Shown here: one piece after another, positions 60,143 through 64,000 of the stretch
Layout: each line of letters starts with the position of its first letter
How positions within the stretch are numbered: the first letter of the stretch is position 1
Source: Bryobacterales bacterium
GTDB taxonomy: Bacteria; Acidobacteriota; Terriglobia; Bryobacterales; UBA6623
Length of the DNA: 64,000 nucleotides
Assembly (NCBI GenBank): GCA_965116065.1
Contig: OZ220485.1
Span: 5,040,347-5,104,346 of the forward strand
Reading direction: 5' to 3'
Made by a program: the position numbers and the translations under genes
The notes under the pieces: generated by a model
Databases searched by the model: none
The model's input: the letters and a program-made list of their open reading frames with translations, nothing else
What the model was told of the DNA's origin: nothing

Positions 60143-61213
60143 TCAGTCACCTGTCCTCGTCGCTGGCCTGACCTCACCGCCGATGTGGAATGCCAGCGAG
60201 GTCGGCTTGCCGTTCTCGCCGAGGCCGAACGTGACAGTCGCCGCTGTCCAGCGCAGGGAGAACTCCTCCTTCGAATGCGGGAGCAGTTCCAGTGGCGGAA
60301 GCACGCCGAACGTGGCGAACAGGGTGCTCCCCTCTCGACTGATGATGACCGGCATGCCCGCTTCCTGCGCGTACTTGCCGACATAGCGGTCCAGCATCGG
60401 TACCGTCATCGTGATGATGGGTTTCGTCTGATGGCGGCCAGGTCCTGGCCGCGGCTCCTCATCGAGCTCGCGAAGCCAGATGTTGCGGTACAGGACAGGA
60501 TTGCCGTGATCCTGCAGCGAAAGCGGGAGACGGTCGGGGTGAGACCGGTACGGCAGATGCTGCAGCCACGAGGTCGGACCCCAGATCGCCGAGTTGTCCT
60601 GGACCAGAACGCCGTTATGGAAGACCGTGACGCGTGCGGGCTCCCCGACGGATCCATCGGTCCGGAAACGGGGTCGACGGAAGACGATGTCGTAAGCCTG
60701 CCACTCACCTGCCGCTCGGCTGGCATTGACCAACGGGGGGTACTGGCCGTATACCGCAGCAGCCTGGCCATCCGGGTAGGTGGTGTTCTCGTGCGAGTCG
60801 AGCACCTGGATCTCGTACTTGCCCATCAGAAAGACGCCGCTGTTGCCCCGTCCCTGCCCGGTGCCGCGGGCCGGCGTCGGCGCAGACCATTCGATATGCA
60901 GCTGAATATCGCCGAAGCCCGCACGGGTGAAGAGGGGTCCGCCACCAGGCACCGCAGCGAGGCTACCGTCCCTGATTTCCCACTGGGCCGCGCTGCCGTC
61001 GGCCGCACGCCATCCGGACAGGTCCGATCCATCGAACAGCACCACCGCGTCCGACGGTGGCGGGACCGGAAGGTTCATGTTGGATGTGACCTTGCGTGGA
61101 GCCGGGCGCTCGGTGTCGTGGATCTTCCACGGAATCGTCGATTGCCCGGCTGCGGGGATTGCGCAGATGAGCGCAGCGGCCACCGTGACCTTGAGCATTG
61201 TGGTTCGGGTCAT
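60143..61213 (-). CDS. DUF1080-domain secreted protein with an extra C-terminal domain
   Basis: Start MTRTTMLKV at 61211-61213. LFDGSDLSGWR...WEIRDGSL...NSGVFLMGKYEIQVLDS...VTVFHNGVLVQDN. Confidence 0.8.
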   Translation of the reverse strand: MTRTTMLKVTVAAALICAIPAAGQSTIPWKIHDTERPAPRKVTSNMNLPVPPPSDAVVLFDGSDLSGWRAADGSAAQWEIRDGSLAAVPGGGPLFTRAGFGDIQLHIEWSAPTPARGTGQGRGNSGVFLMGKYEIQVLDSHENTTYPDGQAAAVYGQYPPLVNASRAAGEWQAYDIVFRRPRFRTDGSVGEPARVTVFHNGVLVQDNSAIWGPTSWLQHLPYRSHPDRLPLSLQDHGNPVLYRNIWLRELDEEPRPGPGRHQTKPIITMTVPMLDRYVGKYAQEAGMPVIISREGSTLFATFGVLPPLELLPHSKEEFSLRWTAATVTFGLGENGKPTSLAFHIGGEVRPATRTGD

Positions 61214-61438
61214 GATCCCTCCGTACCTCAGGTAGATTGTATCCACTGCACGGTCCCCGCACGATGTGACGTGGTGATTCGGATCGGAGAGGTCCGGCAG
61301 CAGTCGAGAGGCCAGCCGCTCGTATCTTCCTCCGCAGGCTCGGGTCCGTGGAAACTGGAGAGTCGGCGACTGGTTGAACAGGTCGAGGATCAGCCTGCCC
61401 TGAGCAAGCAGTGCTCCCGGCAGCCCGCGCGGAGAACT

Positions 61439-61663
61439 TCAGGTGTCGCTCTGTCGCTCGCTGGACCGACGCTGGCTGCCTTCCTCAGGTAACGCCTGCA
61501 AACCTGTCTTGCCTGGTGCCGGCTCGACTTCCGCGGGTACGGACAGTGCATCGCGAACCACGACATAACGGGCGGCCAGAGCCTCGGACTGCTGCTGGGG
61601 AAAGCCAGCCTTCTTGAGGCGTTTCACATAGCCTTCGAAACTGGACCGGTCGTCTCCGCTCAT
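61439..61663 (-). CDS. small hypothetical protein
   Basis: Start MSGDDRSSFEGYVKRLKKAGFPQQQSEALAARY. The N-terminus resembles the head of DUF1640-type proteins, but there is no TM. Confidence 0.3.
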   Translation of the reverse strand: MSGDDRSSFEGYVKRLKKAGFPQQQSEALAARYVVVRDALSVPAEVEPAPGKTGLQALPEEGSQRRSSERQSDT

Positions 61664-61977
61664 GGGTTCATTGTACGTATGCGGATGCAGCGACACGCAT
61701 CACCTCATGCGCCGGAGGGCCTGCGGAGCACAGTGTCCGTCAGTTGGCGGTGCGGCCGGCACCTCCACGAGCAGAGACTCCCCGCCCAGGATGAGGGTGC
61801 AGACCGGGATGCGAGCCGTTCGAGGGAGTCGGTCGCGCATCACCCGAGCATGTCTTGATCAGCGGAGCGTCATCTGCCGCGTACCGGAAAGCAGTCCGCC
61901 CGTTCGACGGCTTGCCGACACTCGGCGGGCACGTGGAACGCAACACCCGCCTCCGGCATCCGCAGCCAACTGCGAAC

Positions 61978-64000
61978 TCAGCGCGGACTGCCTGCGCTGA
62001 TGAGGTTCGCAAAGATCCGGTAGGCACCCGGTACACCGGCCGGGAGCTGGCGGAACCAGGAATAGCCAGTGAACACGTACGCACCCTTGCCATGCTTCGC
62101 GTACAGCATTCCGCCTTCAAGCGGACTCTCGCCCGGATCATTGCAGGCTATCACGGTGTCATAGCGCTCGTCCCACTCGGACATGAAATACAGTCCCCGC
62201 TCCTGGACCCATCCTTCGAAATCGGCCGCCGTGATCCGGTTCGGCACCCGCAGGAGCGGATGATCCTCGGTGACGAAGCGCACCTCCGCTTGCTCGTCGG
62301 TCACTCGCAACCGCGAGGGCGTCACGGGATACGGAGCAAGCGTGAATTCGGGCCCGGCGCCGGTCCTCCTCCTACGGAAGGAAACGGTGTTGTATTGCAC
62401 GACGAGTGTGCCGCCGTCCTCGACATACTCCAGTACCCGGTCCCGCGCCGCCAGCAGATCCGGCCGGGTATTGAGCGCCCGCACTCCCGTTACCACGGCG
62501 TCGAAGCGCGCAAGGTCTCCGGTGGCAAGGTCGGCGGCGGTTAGCAGTGTCACGTCGGCACCAAGCTGCCGCAGGGCCTCCGGCAGCTTGTCGCCGGCCC
62601 CCATGACGTAACCGATCTGGTGCGCCAACGTCTCGGCCTCGACGCGCTCAATGCGCATCTGCGCTGCAGGAAATACGAGGGTGGCGGGTATGTGGTCGTA
62701 CTCGATCGTCCGCATTCCCGAACGAATGACCTTGCCATCGACGGTCACCGAGGCCCTCAACTCGCCCCCCGAGGCCCGTGACGGTGGCGTCAGCCTGAAT
62801 GTCGCGGTCTCCTGCTGTCCCGGTCGGCGGAACGCGATCTCGATTGATGCGGGAGAAACGGACCAACCCCGGGGAACTTCGAGTCGGACGGTGGACACGG
62901 TAGCGCCCCGATTCGAGGTGAGTCGCACCGGGATCTCCACTGGCGTGGTGTCGGGAAAGATGCGATTCTCGGTGACGAAGCCGACTGCCACCGCAGGCAC
63001 GACCACGAGCGGACGGGACCGCTCTCCGATCGAGGGATCCACCCAGCGATACACCACCGGCCTCGTTGCCTGGACAACGAGGCCCCCCGGCGTCTCGAGC
63101 TCGAACACGGCGTGCAGCACCGCGCCCGGACCTGGCGTGTTCCCCGCGTCCCGGCAGCGGGCATTGGCTTCCTCGGTCCGCAACCAATACGGCTGGGAGT
63201 AGCAGGCATCCTCCGGGACAACGATTCGCACCTGCTTCTCGACGACGCGGTTGACGGCCAGCTCCGAACCGCCTTCGATCAGTGCATCAGCGATTCCTTC
63301 CAGTCTCGTGGCCTGCCAGTTCCATGAAAAACCCGAACGACGTAGCGCCCGTACCGTGATCTGGAGGGCGGACCCGGGCACGGCGTTCCATCGCTCGGCT
63401 GTCGCGTCCAGCCAGACACCGGACGCGATCTCGATCGCCCGAACGAGTTCCTGCCGCTTGTAGTCCACTGCGGGGCCGGAGAGTGCATCAAGCTCCTCGT
63501 AGGCCGCCAGCAGGTGTGGCAGGATTACCTCCGGCTGCCGCGGGTCCAGAGCGTCTCGCGCGGCGGCCAGATGTCTTCCGACGGATTCGCCGCCCGGGAC
63601 GCGCATCCAACTGGTGTCGATTCCCTCGAGTGGATCTCCTTGCGCATCCGCTCCGGCCACGACCTCGAAATAGGCCGGAGCGCTGCCCTTACGCTGGCTG
63701 GTGCCCATCGCCTGGCTCCGATGCATGCTGCGGCTCTCTCCAGCAATCTCGGCATACGACTTGCCCAGTACCGGGTCGTAGGCACCCAAGTCCAGCCGGA
63801 GGCAGCCGGGTGTCTGCGCCGCCTGCTGTTCCATCTGCCGGGTGAATGTCGGAACGTTGTAGACATAGCGGTGCGCACGCCAAGCCGGCAGTCCCAGTTC
63901 GGAGAATCGGGAGGGATCCGTCGCCACTTCGTAGGCAGTCGGCCCGGTCCAGCCGACGGCCGTATGATGGCCGTGACCGCCACTACCCGGTCGTGGCGGG
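61978..64000 (-). CDS. PIG-L/LmbE-family deacetylase fused to a ThuA/class-I-amidotransferase-like domain (5' end outside the window)
   Basis: The frame is open to nt 64000 (...GSGGHGHHTAVGWTGP...). The C-terminal stretch IGYVMGAGDKLPEAL...FDAVVTGVRA...GGTLVVQYN is ThuA-like. Confidence 0.7.
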   Translation of the reverse strand, partial: PPRPGSGGHGHHTAVGWTGPTAYEVATDPSRFSELGLPAWRAHRYVYNVPTFTRQMEQQAAQTPGCLRLDLGAYDPVLGKSYAEIAGESRSMHRSQAMGTSQRKGSAPAYFEVVAGADAQGDPLEGIDTSWMRVPGGESVGRHLAAARDALDPRQPEVILPHLLAAYEELDALSGPAVDYKRQELVRAIEIASGVWLDATAERWNAVPGSALQITVRALRRSGFSWNWQATRLEGIADALIEGGSELAVNRVVEKQVRIVVPEDACYSQPYWLRTEEANARCRDAGNTPGPGAVLHAVFELETPGGLVVQATRPVVYRWVDPSIGERSRPLVVVPAVAVGFVTENRIFPDTTPVEIPVRLTSNRGATVSTVRLEVPRGWSVSPASIEIAFRRPGQQETATFRLTPPSRASGGELRASVTVDGKVIRSGMRTIEYDHIPATLVFPAAQMRIERVEAETLAHQIGYVMGAGDKLPEALRQLGADVTLLTAADLATGDLARFDAVVTGVRALNTRPDLLAARDRVLEYVEDGGTLVVQYNTVSFRRRRTGAGPEFTLAPYPVTPSRLRVTDEQAEVRFVTEDHPLLRVPNRITAADFEGWVQERGLYFMSEWDERYDTVIACNDPGESPLEGGMLYAKHGKGAYVFTGYSWFRQLPAGVPGAYRIFANLISAGSPR

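Overview
High-GC bacterial chromosomal segment, roughly 60-65% GC judged from sampled lines. The gene content (TAT-signal Gfo/Idh/MocA and aldo/keto reductases, DUF1080, DinB, sulfatase, PIG-L/ThuA) suggests an Acidobacteriota- or Planctomycetota-like soil bacterium, but this is inference only.

Housekeeping genes: hemE-hemY, asd, accD-folC-plsC-xylB, clpC, pyrE, aroC and rlmB.

Between hemE (3.1 kb) and accD (43.1 kb) lies a patchwork accessory region. It is bracketed by two divergent genes that fuse DUF4338 to an ISAs1-type transposase; one looks intact and one is decayed.

The headline locus is a tightly coupled six-gene operon at 31.5-40.8 kb. It encodes an SNF2 helicase with a degenerate PLD-like N-terminus, DUF4391, a Type III Mod, HicA, HicB and a Type III Res. 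This is a Type III restriction-modification core extended by two extra components and an embedded toxin-antitoxin pair. The mod gene has a clearly lower-GC central core.

Other notable items:
- a lipoprotein rhodanese whose catalytic Cys codon is an in-frame TGA (selenoprotein candidate or pseudogene);
- a 2.7-kb tandem array of three ~1-kb units encoding small tail-anchored coiled-coil proteins, with a variable 33-bp in-frame repeat;
- a Panacea-domain (PanA) antitoxin with a small two-TM partner;
- a truncated higB with an orphan higA;
- a class II Fic protein;
- a DUF5678-like plus retropepsin pair;
- a candidate promoter-to-terminator small RNA;
- a ~72-nt dispersed repeat present twice in inverted orientation;
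- a low-GC islet next to an IS30 remnant.

Several genes carry apparent frameshifts, so either pseudogenisation or assembly indels must be considered. No rRNA, tRNA or CRISPR array was seen. Many long ORFs in the six-frame track are antisense or out-of-frame artefacts of the high GC content.
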